From NCBI GenBank assembly GCA_000165425.1, contig CT868263.1:124001-188000 (forward strand): a stretch of DNA of 64,000 bases. Direction: 5' to 3'. The notes below the pieces were generated by a model. It was not told where the DNA came from. It saw nothing but the letters and a program-made list of their open reading frames with translations, and did not search any database. How positions within the stretch are numbered: the first letter of the stretch is position 1; every line of letters begins with the position of its first letter. Positions 27,198-44,121 of the stretch are shown here, piece after piece. The stretch comes from Paramecium tetraurelia (Eukaryota). Made by a program: the position numbers and the translations under genes.

Positions 27198-28181
27198 TCA
27201 AAATGATTTCTATTAACGAAGTTCTTCCATTCCTTAACTTACATTGAAGGAAGATCCAATTACTTACTAGGAAAACTAGCTTACTCTTTCTGCTTATCCT
27301 TATCTAATAGGTTTGCCTTCTAACTTGATTCTTGTGATGAAATACACCATGGGCTCACTTTCAACAAATTCTTAAACACTAAATATTTGATTTAAATATC
27401 TCTATAATTATTCTTGTCTATCTTAGATCTGTTAAGGATTATCAATAGTCTATCCTATCAATCTTCTTTTTGGAAATTGAGGCAGACAATTTTTGAATTA
27501 ATATTTTTCTAACAAATTATGGCAATCCCTAAGGTTGCTGTATCTGGTTTCAAATTGATATTTAGTTGTCTTCTTAGTGTCTGTTAAAATGATGTGATAT
27601 TGAACAAAATCTTTTTGAATTGTAAACTCGTTTATTGTAAAATGATATCTCTGATAATACCCAGAATTGTTGTTTCCTTTTTGCTTATTTTTTTTATTTG
27701 ATTGGAACAGCTCTTGCCTTTGTAGAAATGATTTCTTCAGCTCATCCATCTGCAACCAGCACAAGTCTTTTGAATATTCAGTGTTGATTTATTCTAATCT
27801 ACATGTTTCCTCCATAAGTTGCACTTTAGGCAAGTATTCTCGTATAAATTGAAATGACCATATGGTTGGCATATTGAGAATGGCTTCTAAATATTACTGC
27901 AATTCTTAGGCCTAAGAATTTAAGAATTTAATTACTCTATTCTTAACATCACTTTGGGAATTTTTGGTTCTCCCAAATATTTTCTTTTTTGGAAATCTTG
28001 GAAGTGTTAAATTCAGCTTGAATTCATTATTTTTTTATTATAGTAGTTCGTTCAAAGCGTTTAAATCAGAATATCTCTTGTAGACACTCTTAAAGCCTTT
28101 TTAACAATTGATTTGGAAGTTATAATAGATCACATCATTTCTAGTTTCATAATCATTTATTGCCACTGCATATCTCATCAT
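27198..28181 (-). CDS. Tandem PX-PX domain protein
   Basis: PX1 VYKRYSDLNAL...LPRFPKKKIFG; PX2 FETRYSNLRDCH...LPQFPKRRLIG...DRQEQLQRYLNQI. Confidence 0.85.
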
Positions 28182-28365
28182 TATATCTTGGTTATTGATT
28201 ATAAATAATAATTATAATTAAAGTCATAATAGGTTATAATTACAATAATTATGAGAGTTTATTAAATTAATGAATTTAAGATATATTTGATAGTAGCAAG
28301 CCTATAATCAATTAACTTGTTGTCCTAAACAAATATAATACTAATTATAATAATAGCTTATAAAA

Positions 28366-29726
28366 TCAAATATTTATCTAGCTTAGCAATTGTTAGGCTT
28401 CTTAAAATGTAATGTTTTAACTTGCTAGTACTAATGGCCTGTTCTGTTCACCAGATCTTAAAAACATATATAAATTATATAAATTAACCAACAACCTGAC
28501 ATTGCCTTTTTAAACGTGATAGAAATTCTGATTTATATTAATTAAATATATACTGGATTTAATTACTTCAGCTAATCAGCAAGTAGATTAATACTGAATA
28601 TCAATTACGACATACAAAATTTTAAGAGATCGCTTTTTACCATCTAGAAGATATTTGGCTGTTTCTACTACTATACAATCACTGTTATCTAATTGTATTC
28701 ATTCTCTAGAACATCTTTATAGTTTACCTTGCTCTTGTTTTGTATAGTAAAGTATTAATCCAGTGAGGGCATAGGTCAACAATTCATTATCCTGGATCTC
28801 TTGTCTCACCGATTTCACAAATAAACAAATATTCAATGTCTGCTCCTTAAATTAGAACGGCTACTTATCATAGGACAAAGATTTAGTTCGTTAATGGAAC
28901 GATGATGTCATATTGTTTTCTTTCTCAACAATTAATATCTGTAATTTCTCTATGGATATTCTTTTCTAAGGGTCTATGGCCAACATATTTGATATTATTG
29001 CTTGCATCTTAGGACTGATTTCCTTATTGAATTATATAGGATTGTTGAGATAACAAAGTAGAAGTTCCTTCTCATTCTATGCTTTAAAAGGAGTATAACC
29101 ATGAATTAATTAATAGAGTGTGATTCCAAGTGACCAAATATCTGATTAATAGGTATGCTGATTATTTGTTAGGGTTTCTGGCGACATGTACAGAGGACTT
29201 CCGAAATTAAATTGGTAATTTGAATTTTCTTTAATTGCGAATCCGAAATCGGCTAGTTTGAAACAATTCTATGAAATAAAGATATTCGATGGTTTAATAT
29301 CATTATGTATTATTTCTAAATAACGAGTTTCTATTACTTTATTTCTTCAACGTCAATAAGGCATTACACATTTAATTCAAAAAATTCAACGCTTGCACTT
29401 CATTAAACTATTTATTTTTATTCATTTGATCTATGAAGTATTTTCTAAAATATACCTTCTAAACTCCCATATTAGCATAATTCTGTTATGATGAATGTAT
29501 ACGAAGAGTTCTTTATAATTTCAAACAATTTGATGATGTTTTAACAATTTAAAGTTTACAAAATTTCTATTTCCGTTCCTAATAACTTGATCTAGGGTTC
29601 ACTCATTTATTAATGATTTATCACTTTTATAGCATAAAATTAATTATTTTCCTACGATTGTGCCCTATAAACTTTACATGAATAGCCTTAACCTATTGGT
29701 TCACATATTTTGTATTTTCCAATCAT
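28366..29726 (-). CDS. Ser/Thr kinase, ULK-like, non-RD
   Basis: IGQGYSCKV, YAIK, IIHNDIKPSNI, LADFGFA, GSPLYMSPE, SDIWSLG. Confidence 0.88.
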
Positions 29727-30550
29727 AAATTTACTAAAATTTTAGTTAAATAGAATTTCTTAATTACATTAATTTTAATTTATGAAGAGCAAATTTATCT
29801 TCAATAGTGATCCCCAACAAATATGAGAATATTCAGATGTACAATTATAAATAATGAAAACTATAAATGCATTTCGAAATAGAATTAATTATATAATAAA
29901 TATTAATGCTCTATTCTCAACTTGTCCAAGTGAAGAATGTAAATTAGAAAGTAAATGAATTATTTCTGTCATTCTTATGATTTACTTGACCCAAACTCAA
30001 ATACTTTTGATATATATTTGTTTAAAACTTATTTATTCACATACTCACTTCTGAATTATATTCAAAGATAAGATTAGAACAAGGACAACTATAATTGCAA
30101 TAAAAAGTCAATAAGTAAATATATTTGCCATTCCTTCAGATATAAATTTGAATTGCATAAAAGTAAAAGAAAATATTGAATCTCCCCTTTAAAATATAAA
30201 TTAGTCGATATTTAAAAATACAAAATAACTCAACACCCTTCAATCTTTTTATTCATAATTAAATTATAGGATATGTATTTAGCATTATTTTTCATTTAAA
30301 TATATTCAATTTCTAGTACATAATAGATTTTTATTATTATAATTATTATGTTATTCGATTTATGAGTTAATTTTGATTTTAATATAATGAAACATAGATA
30401 CTCCATTACAATAAGGTTTTAAAATATAATTGAAAAATGTGAATAAAATGTATGTTTGTTTAATTAAATCTAAATTTCATCAAAACTACCTAAGAGAAAT
30501 TCAGAAATTTTAAGGAGCATATTTATATTTATTAAAATTATTAAAATAAC

Positions 30551-31270
30551 TCAAGCTTTGTTTAATTATTTAAGTTCTTCCATTTTACTTGGAAATGAGA
30601 CATATTCAAATTTACATCCTGGATGCAGTTTATTAAGGACTTCTTCGTAATTGCCAAAATCATCTATCAATCCTAATTATTTTGCTTATTCTCCATTATA
30701 AACTTCAGCCTTAAATACATTTTAATCAACTATATTCTTTCTGTAGGATTTAACATGATCAATAAACATTTAATGTGTATATTCCAATTTATCTACCCAT
30801 TATGTAGCACCTTATGGATTAAATTCTGAAAATGCACTGTTTACTACTTCATGTATTTAGTCATTTGAAGATAAGAATTTTGCTTCAATTCCTAACTTTT
30901 CTAAAGCTTTTTTAATTCCATGCCATTAACTAATCACTCCAACACTCCCAACTAATGAACTTTGATCAGCAAATACTTTATCACCAATACAAAGTACAAA
31001 ATAGCCTCCAGATGCAGCAACATCTTCAGCAAATGTATAAATAGGTATGTTATGCTTTTATTTGAATAGGTTCAATTTTTGACATATAATGTCACTTTAC
31101 ACTGGTAAGCCTCCTGGAGAATTTATAAGGACTGCCAAAGCACATAGATTTTTAGATTTGATTTTATCCAATTGATCTTATATTTTATCTCCGGACTTCT
31201 ATTTAATGACTCCACTTAAACGTATGATTGGAATTCTAGGTTTCGTAAATAATTTTAATAGTGTCTGCAT
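30551..31270 (-). CDS. Peptidase S49 (short SppA-like), intronless
   Basis: 720 bp frame; IRLSGVI, INSPGGLPVQS, FAEDVAASGGYF, SLVGSVGV, VYNGEQAKQLGLID. Confidence 0.9.
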
Positions 31271-31322
31271 GCTTATTAGGATTTATGATATAAATATATA
31301 TATATTAAAATATTAAAATTGA

Positions 31323-32052
31323 TCATTTCATCCATGGCTTACTTGGATTACCGGTATTGGAGAATCCTGGGAGATCATTAAGGTAGTTAATTGTTGGGAC
31401 AGGGTTTGATAATTGTTATTATAAAGGTTATTGCTCTTAATTCGATGTGTTTTCTTCACTATGATTCCAGAAATCATTTTATTGTATAGGTAATTGAGAT
31501 GTGTCAACTTGATTATCTAATTATTATTATTGTTCTGCTTCTTCGATTTCTTATTACTTTAATGCAACTTCAATTTCTTATTTTTCTTTGATTTTCTTCT
31601 TCATATGTGCCAACAACGCACCAATCAATAGAATGACTGCATATTTAATTTAAGAATACCAACTAACAAAAGCAATCGTATTGCAATTATCCATTACTTA
31701 CCAATTTGAGTACTAGTGTTTACTACTGATTTACCTATCTATGTCATAGTCAATTCCCCTTTAAGAAATTGCTTGATTCGGAGCAATGTTAACAGTTTAT
31801 TAATTGAAGTGACAGCTCCCGATTTAAAGAATTCCAATAATTTCTTAGTTTTCTCCATCAACATTGAACCAAATATGCACAATTGAACAGCTGAAAATGA
31901 GATTCCCATTAAAGATTAGATGCCCTTTATAAAATGATTACACTATTTACTTAAACTACACTTTAGTAATCATTTCTAAGGCCGTTTTGCTATTGAGGTT
32001 GTTAGCCTCTGTTATTCATGGTCATTCGAGGGTTCATGTAATTATTATACAT
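31323..32052 (-). CDS. Hypothetical membrane protein, possibly PEX13-like
   Basis: Asn/Tyr/Met/Gln-rich N-terminus, amphipathic segment ILQRASNLLMGISFSAVQLCIFGSML, hydrophobic WIIAIRLLLLVG...LIGALLA, ends NPSKPWMK. Confidence 0.55.
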
Positions 32053-32073
32053 AATAATTTTATTATATTGTAA

Positions 32074-33295
32074 TCATTTATTTTATTTTACTAAATCATC
32101 TATTGAAAAGTATAAACCCAGAACTCCAGCACTCACTCCCATAAACATAACAAGCGAAGCTTCAATCCATTCAAAGATCCTCAGGCTGGATTTGAAATAT
32201 AGCAAATACAGAGTTATTGGATAAATGAATTGCAGGAATGTTCCAAACACCATTCCGATTAAATTAAGAAAAGTATTGAAACTTGGAATGATATAGGCTA
32301 TCACGTATAAAATGGACGTAACAATTAGTCTTTCAACAATCCATATGATCTTCGTGTCTCTTATTTTTAATCTGTTTTCAATTATAGTAAATGCAGGATA
32401 TATTTGAACTGGATAAGTGAATAAAATTGATATGGCATATAAAAACTACAAAGCAAATGCCCAGATTTTATCTTTGGGCAAATTAAAAACAATAATTTAT
32501 TGTAATTATGAACCCAAAGCTATGCAATTGATTATTATGAAAGAAATGTACATAAACAAACATGTTAACGAACTGCTCAAAAATACAAATGGGAATTTCT
32601 TTTGATCTTTCATTGAATATCTTACAGGGAGTGTTGTACATATCCCTTCATAGGCAAACATGGCAACCCCAATAAATTTAAACATACCCGATGCATTGAA
32701 TGCGACAACATCCTCAGCTTTTCCAAACTAGGATATAGAAATTCCTGAAATTGCAACCAAAACAAAGACTGCAATAAAAAATCCTGCTGTACTAGTTTTA
32801 TGGAAGAAATGCAAATCCCTGATCAAAGATAAGGGAATGATCACCAATAACGATATGATTACACTAACATAATTGGGGAGGTTTGATAGTGCTAACTAGC
32901 ACATTTGTTGAAAAAATATTATATATGCAATACAAGCAAATAACTAAAATAACATTTGATATATATACTTACTAACCTGATAAAAAGACATCCAAGATTG
33001 AAGCTGAGATTGGTCCCATATATTACTTCACGATTTTGGTATAATAATGAATATCTGATTCTTCAGCCACTTTTATTAACATTAAACTGGTTCTGATTGT
33101 TCCATAGGATAGAATCAGGAGCAATATACTTGCCAAAGCATAGCCACACTCATTTGCAGAATAAGGTAAATCCAATATTGCTATTCCCACCAGACTCTTG
33201 ATAAAATTGAAGAAGGCTTGACTGCTATTGGATAATTCTTTGCTGTTATGTGAATGTTCGGGATCTTCTGGATTGCTTGCGAAACTCTCTTCCAT
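32074..33295 (-). CDS. Amino-acid/auxin permease (AAAP; SLC36/AVT3-like) transporter
   Basis: SNSSQAFFNFIKSLVGIAILDLPY, IGVAMFAYEG, LFTYPVQIYPA, IPSFNTFLNLIG...FIYP. Confidence 0.92.
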
Positions 33296-33392
33296 ATTTT
33301 ATATTTATTTTAATTAATAATCTATATGCTTAATTCTTTATTTCTGAGCATTATAATGAAATAATATAAAAAATTTAATTGAAAGTAGAAGG

Positions 33393-36574
<3,182 letters not shown>

Positions 36575-36703
36575 TTATTTAAATGAGTTCTATTTATAAA
36601 AGTTATTTGTTCTTATTGAATTTCTGTTCAAAAAAATAATTAAAATTTGGGATTATTTAATTATAAAATATGTACCTCACTTTTAAAATTTTATTAATAA
36701 ATA

Positions 36704-37243
36704 ATGGAAAATAATCTTGATCAGACAGCTTCCTTCTTTCACAATCCCAAACTCAAAATACCAAAATTGAAATGCACTTATGAAGTTATTTGCTCTCCTG
36801 ATCTCGAGATTCCTACTTTTAGTAGAAAAGACGACTCATACTAATAAAAATCATTATTCAAGCAATGTCAAAGAAGAAACAGCCAAAATAACCTTACTCA
36901 TAACAATCTACAAAATATATTCCATTAAATATCCTTAAAAAAGGCGAATTCTGACTCTAAACCTAATCCCAAAGTCCCACCACTGAAGATACAGTAAAAA
37001 ACCCTACTTTCCAAAGTTTCAGACTAAAAATCAACAAGTCAACATTCCACAACTATATTGAGGGGAAGGGGGAGCATCAAAATACTCCAAAACCCTTTCA
37101 TCACAGACTCTCGCCATTCTCAAAAATCGACTTGTACTTCAGGAAGTCAACCTCCACAACCAAAAGGAAAACCATTTTTATAAAGGAAAGCTTAAATACA
37201 AATGGTGAATAGAGTTTTCTCTTCGATGTCGTAGCATAAATGA
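36704..37243 (+). CDS. Hypothetical basic Ser-rich protein
   Basis: 540 bp from ATG to TGA (179 aa), no introns needed. Confidence 0.65.
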
Positions 37244-37673
37244 ATTTAATTAAATTTTTGTCTCAAAAATTCGTATTATATTCATTCTCTTAGATTATGG
37301 AAGCACAAATGATACAGCAAACAAGACTCGATATGATTTGACTGTTTTTCTAACTAAAATTAATACAATTATAAAAAAGCCTATAGTGATCATTTAAGTT
37401 ATAAAATTAAATTCTCTCCTTATGGTATTAAAATTATTAACTACATATTTAAAAACCACCAATATGCTCTACAATGATATTAATCTAAGAAAGAATTTAT
37501 TCAAAAATTTAATATTTTTGAATCTCCAATATTGATTTGATAACATTAAAATATTGAAATGTTTTATCAGATATAAAGTGATTACTTATCTAACTCAGAT
37601 AAATTATTCTAGTTATGAAAATTAAACCAAAAATAAATGAGATGATTTTATTTAATATTTTATCTAACGAATT

Positions 37674-39593
37674 ATGGATCATTTTGAGAGAATTCGAAAA
37701 ATTGGTAAAGGTAATTTTGGTGATGTTCTTTTGGTATCAAGAAAAAGTGATGGAAAAGTAAGTTAGATCTTTCTATCGAAAGCAATTTGCACTTAAAAGA
37801 GTGGATTTAAGTATGAGGGAAAGCTTTGTAGTTGACCCTCTCAATGAAGTTAAGGTTCTCAAATCGTTAGACCATATGAACATCATTAAACACTACGATT
37901 CGTTTGTCCACAATAATAAACTGTGTATTCTAATGGAATATGCCGAGAATGGTAAACTTTTGAAAAATAATCCAAGCTGATCTCAGTTTAAAAATCAAAG
38001 AGGCTAAACATAATAATCAATTCATTCAAGAACCTACAGTTCTGTATTTCATTTATGCATTATTATAGATTCTTGCCTGGTTAACCTAATTGGCAGTAGC
38101 GCTCAATTACCTCCATTCTCAAAAGATACTTCATAGAGACATCAAAGTACAAAACATATTCCTTTGCAATGATGGAATTGTAAGATAATTTGAATATCCT
38201 AGGTGAAATTGGGTGATTTCGGCATCTCTAGAACCTTAGAAAACACGTCTGAATTGGCACAAACCTCAATAGGTATTAATTGCAAGAAACGAATAATTTA
38301 GGTACACCGTTTTATCTCTCTCCTGAATTGTGTCAGAACCAGTCATATAATCATAAGATTGACATTTGGATGTTGGGATGTACCATTTATGAATTGTGCA
38401 CACTACAAAAACCATTTACTGCTGAATCAATCAATGTAATATAATCTATATTAAATAAAGGCTTTGGCCACCAAAATTATTAACGAATAACATACAAAAA
38501 TCTCTGATCACTATTCAGATTTTCTATCAAATCTTATTGATGAAATGCTACAGAAATAACCAGAAAAAAGGCCAGAAATTTCAAAAATACTGTCATTTCC
38601 ATAAATTCAAACAGAATTATAAAAACTATCTCAAATCTATCAACCTAATTATATTACTCATTAGAATTATGGATTTTCATCCAGTAAAAAGAGCAACAGA
38701 ATGCAACAGAATTCAATACACTTCTTAGTTGAAAAATCAAAATAATAATAAGGGTAATCCCCAATCTGTTCAAGAAGGAGCTAGTCTAAACTCAACACTC
38801 CTTATTAGGGCTATAAAACAGACATTGTTGATTAAAACAGTCCACATTTTAAATTAAATGGAAAACAATTAGTTTCCAATTTACATACTCTTCCTGACTA
38901 CATCGATGATTAACAAAAGACCTAAACCCCGATTTCCACTCAAAGAACAGAATCCAATGAAATCAATTCGAAATAGCTAAAATATTAAAAGTCTATTTCG
39001 ATTAATACTCAAATTGATGATAATAATAATAAAAGAAATCAAGAAATGGAAAGCTAACCTACTCTATTAAAAAACCAAAAATCATTCACTTTTGTTGATA
39101 TCTTTTTCAATCCTAATACTCCTACATCCCCTAATAGATCTTTATTATTAACTGACTTCCTTAAACGAAAATTGGGAAATGAAAAGTTTTATTAAATGAA
39201 AATAGTATTTTTATTGAATTAATCTTTTTAGTTACTTGAGTAAAACAATGATCCAATTAAATTGCTAGATTAAGAACAGGGTTTAGTGTAAGACATCATA
39301 GGAGAACAAAATATGGATTGCGTTAGAGTAACATATAAATAAATCAATAGATTTTTAAACTATTAATCAGTTGTTCTATAACTCCTTAAGCAAGTCATGG
39401 TAGAGCAAAAAGTGCTTAGGTTTTTACCCATGAAAAACAGGAAACCTTAATGGATATCATAAAGGCGTCTGATTTTTAACCTTAAAATTCCATAGGCTCT
39501 AATCCAGGATTAGAAATTTCATTTAAAAATCTCTAACATTTCACTGAGGAATAATAATAGGCTCTATAGCAAATAAAGGAAATGAGTTTATGA
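37674..39593 (+). CDS. NIMA-related kinase (NEK)
   Basis: [68 protein letters not shown]; about 8 short introns. Confidence 0.92.
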
Positions 39594-40220
39594 CCAACTA
39601 AAAGTTTCTTTGTATTTTTATTAAAAATTCTTCTAGTTGTTTCAACATCTTTATCACTCACCAATTTATAATTAAACTTGAATTTTCAAAGATAACGAGA
39701 TCAATCTTTAATAAAACCTTTTTCTCATTTCATCAAAATAAAACTGATTTATTAATTTTATTAAGTGATAAACTTTAATTAAAAATAAGCTATGAAATTT
39801 AACATTATTTTATTATAAAGATTTTTTGTAATATTGATGTTAAATGTCTTAGCTGAAATAAGATGTCTATTGTTTTTATGATTAAGGCTTACAATTATTT
39901 ATTTTTCAGTTATATAATTAATTATATCAATTAAAATTGTATGTTGATATATTTTAATTTTCCTTCTTAATATTAAATAATTATGAATAACTTCATTTTC
40001 TCTTCCTTTATTATTTTAATCGCCAATAAATCATAATAAACATAATCCTGATATTGCAAGATATCGATTATTATCTGAATTTCTTAATGACAAGAGATAT
40101 ATGCTTCAAATCAATAAGTATTTTTGGTAGGTAATATATACCCATATAGAGTTGAAATCCATCTTTTTCATTTGATTTGAGTAGCTGAATACAAATGTAA
40201 TTGTTTTAGCTTTTAATTTA

Positions 40221-42813
40221 ATGGAATAAGTAATAATTCAAAAAATTTTCAAGAATGTAAGTGCAAGTTCAGAATTAATTTCATTGGATCACTATAGATG
40301 TTGTTAATTTATTTCAAAAAATACAAATTAATTTATATTACGTAATCAAATCGTTATTCCCTACTTATCATTATCCGATCATGCAACAGAAGAAATAAAA
40401 AAAGTATGTCTCAATATAGAATTTAGATAATCAAGAAGTCCTTAAAGGAATCCGTTAACAACGAATACCTCTCTTATTTGTAATACAACCAATATCTCAG
40501 CAAATAAAATTGTTAAAAAGAGAGGAGCATCAGCAACAATACCAACTGATTCATATCGAATTGAGAGGAGAGATTAAGTTGAAAAGCGTAAGGTTTCTAA
40601 AACATACAAATTAACGAATTAAGAAAAAAATAATTTTGTAAGAAAAGAATCAAAGTTAAAGGAAATTTAGAGAAGATAGGAGATAGGACTGGATTTTTTA
40701 AACAAAATTCCCAAAAAAAAAATTTAACTGCTTCTACAAAGTATAACTTCACTATTAGTGTGTAGGATAGAAAACTTAAGGATTATCACATATTGAAAAG
40801 GACATACCTAAAAAGGCTTAAAGTACTTAAAATAATAGATTACATTTAAAGTAGAAAAATTAATTACATCAGTAGCAAAAATAAAACGAATAAATGAATA
40901 GAAAGAAGGAGACTAAAAAATAATTGCAAAATAGTAGAAATATTTTGAAAAGTAAAACTATTTTAAATTATAGAAAGTTCATCTTAATAAAAATGTAAAA
41001 AAAGAAGTATAACTTCGATAACTCAAAAGAAGGAATTCACACAGAGAAATTCTAGTTTAAAAAATAAAAATGAGATAATAACTTAACTCGCTGGTTATGA
41101 AGGAGAATTGCTGGAAAAATATAAAAAGTTATAAGCTCGATATTCTAAAATATATTAAGCATTTTTTGATGAGAGTAGTTGCGTATAGTATTTAACAGAT
41201 ACAGATCCTTATTTGTTGCCTTCTTAACCAACCTCGAATAAATAACAATAGGGTTTAACTGAAGAGTTCTCGTTGAATAGAGATGAGAAAATTTAACTTA
41301 AAGAGTTTGGCATTCTCGAAAATAAATTTAATAGAATGCATTCGGCAGCAACTAAAATCTAGAAGGTTTGGCGAGGATACATCACCAGAAAATTGATTTT
41401 GGATTAGTAATTCGAATAATACTATTACAAATAACCAGAAGTTTTTAATGAGGAAACATTCAGAAGTCAATTTCGATTCGAAAAAGATAGTTAATCTATA
41501 CAATAAGGAAGAGAACAAACCTTAAATTAGCTTACTCATTAGACTGATATTAATTTCATATTAGATTTGGAGTCTGAAAAGAAGGAGAAGGAAGAACTTA
41601 AAAGAAGTCCTAAAATCTCTGGTAAATTCGTTAGGTATCAAAAATTGAAGTGGCAAGAACTAATCAACTATATTTCTGAGTTAGAGAGTCAAGTTTAGGA
41701 GAAAACTATTAATGAAGTTCTTTAAGATTTGAAACTATTCACACAGTAATGTTCTTAAGATTGCTCACTTACCAAATTTTAAATAAAGAAATTAGAGATC
41801 TAAGTTCCTCAATTTTCATAAGAATCCATGGTCATGAGTGAAATAAGATAAGCCATGTGTTCTGAAAAGTTAATGAGATAAATCCTTACATCATCAATAA
41901 AGTAAGAGAACGAATCGATTTTTGAAGAATAACCGTTTCAATAATTCGCCTCTAAAAAAATTGATGAAATTCTGAATAGAAACTAAATGGATGAATTAAT
42001 AAAGATGAGATAGTTAATTGTGCAAGAACGATAGAAATCATAACATTAGGCTTTGACCAAAGAATTTGAACAAAAATTAATATCACCAAATACCTTTGAG
42101 GAAAGATACCAAACTTTAGAAAAATGGGTCACTAAATAATATGATGAAATTGAAAATAATAAAATCGATTTTGAAAAAGGATGGTAAGGATTATATGATA
42201 CCTTTATTTAAACTGAAAAAGAACTTAGATTTTTGCAGCAATAGAAGTATTCATAACTTTCTCAGATTTCCTATTCTCAACAGTTTATAAATTATTCAAT
42301 TTCAGCCTTTTCGGATTCAGCCTAAAGTAATAAAATGAATTCTATTTATCGATACAAAAACTCTTTATAGGAACTATCAAATTAAAATGAAACTCTTTTA
42401 TATAATAATCTTAATGAAGATTTTGAGAATAAACGTTTAAAAACTCATACTTCTACTTCTTAAACTCCTGATGAAAAGCTTAGATTTCAGCATTTGAAGA
42501 ATTACCATGAAACTATAGAATGGAATGATGAATAATTATTGACTAGTCAATAGTTTCTATCAAACCAATAAGTTAAAGAGTCAAAAATAAATAATGCTAT
42601 TAAGAACGCTCCCTAAAAAAGCTTGGAGTAGGCTGAGATAGATTACCTTCACTAGGAAGTATGACTTATTTACAATGATAGGTTTAAAATGAGGAATTGA
42701 GTTGGGTTAATTATAACGAATTCAAATTTTATGTACTCATGGATATCTCTAATTTAGTTTTTAATGAATTAATAGAGGAATTTACAGAGGAATGTATATA
42801 GCAATAATTTTGA
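40221..42813 (+). CDS. Large coiled-coil protein, CEP350-like (C-terminal DUF4378-like block); start uncertain
   Basis: ELIKMRQLIVQER...ISPNTFEERYQTLEKWV; C-terminus EELSWVNYNEFKFYVLMDISNLVFNELIEE. Confidence 0.55.
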
Positions 42814-42886
42814 AACAAACTTGTCATTATATAATATTCATAATCATTTAGTAAATGTTATTAGAAAAAATTTAATAACAATATTA

Positions 42887-44099
42887 ATGCATATTTTATA
42901 TTTTTTTACTTTTCTTCAATCCATTCTTTCTATTTAGATACCACTTTCTAAATTCAAGGTCTTGAAATCAATGGACGCCTTTAAATTGTCAAATTATTAA
43001 AATGTGTAGTACTATGGCCCAATTCAAATGGGAACTCCAAATTAGTAATTAAGTGTAATATTTGATACAGGATCCCCATACCTTTGGGTTCCTAGTGATA
43101 AATGCACACTTTCAAAATGTCACCTGAGTAAAAGATTTTATACTTCAAAATCATCGACATACAAGAACTATTCATAACCAGATGAAATCTCATATGCCTC
43201 AGGAAGTTGCAAGGGATTTTGGGGTTCAGATTATGTGTAATTATTGGGAGATAGTAACACAAGAGCATAAATTAATATTTTATTCGCTTACTATGATTCT
43301 GGATTCGATTCAGTATAATCTGATGGTTTATTGGGTTTAAGCAATGAGAAAGAGATAGACAATATATTCGATTTAGCATATAAAGAAGGTAAATTAAAAT
43401 CGAATCTTTTTGCCATGGAACTTAAAAGTACAGATGAACAATCACTTTTTTACTACGATGAAATTCCGAACGAAATTATGAATAATGTGGAATGGGTCAG
43501 AGTTTTGCGAAATGACTATTGGGTATTAAATTTAATTAGAATAGACAGTGAAGGTCTTATCTATTGAGGTTAATGGGTATTTTATTAAAACAGGGAAATA
43601 TAAAGAAGCACTAATTGATTCAGGAACTTCACTTTTGTACCTTCCTTAGAAAGTTGTATTATCAATATTTGAGGAATTAATTTTAAGCAATTGCAGATTA
43701 TTAGATGGCAATATGTTTTGTCCTTGTTCGATTCCCAAAAGTGAAGTTGACAATTATCCTAAAATAAAAGTGTTTTTGGAAGGGATTATTCTAGAATTAG
43801 ATATAACTGATTACATGATACTCGACTTCTCATTTTAAGGATTGTGTTATATAGGAATTGAGGTAGAATCTTAAATGAATCTTATGATCTTTGGTGATAT
43901 TGTCATGAGGAAATATGTCATAGTGTTCGACAAGCAGAATAATAAGATTGGATTTAAGGGGTATACTAATAATTTCTATATTAGAGTTGAGAAATTGACA
44001 AATATCAAAACGACTGCCATCTTTTGGATTGAAATCATTGGATTCGGAATCATCACCATCAGTTGTTTATTATTATAGATGAAGTTAATGAAGTTATGA
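42887..44099 (+). CDS. Pepsin-family (A1) aspartic protease with signal peptide and C-terminal TM helix
   Basis: QYYGPIQMGTP, IFDTGSPYLWV, DGLLGL, ALIDSGTS, IFGDIVMRKYVIVFD; one 22-nt intron. Confidence 0.93.
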
Positions 44100-44121
44100 A
44101 TAATTAATATTATTATTATAA

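Noticed and set aside
40160..40185. In-frame TGA upstream of the CEP350-like gene as possible selenocysteine or readthrough
   Set aside because: No redox-motif context or SECIS recognised; more likely outside the CDS or a decayed 5' region
43540..43620. Apparent TGA/frameshift between the two catalytic Asp motifs of the aspartic protease
   Set aside because: Resolved by the 22-nt intron GTATTAAATTTAATTAGAATAG after the YW codons
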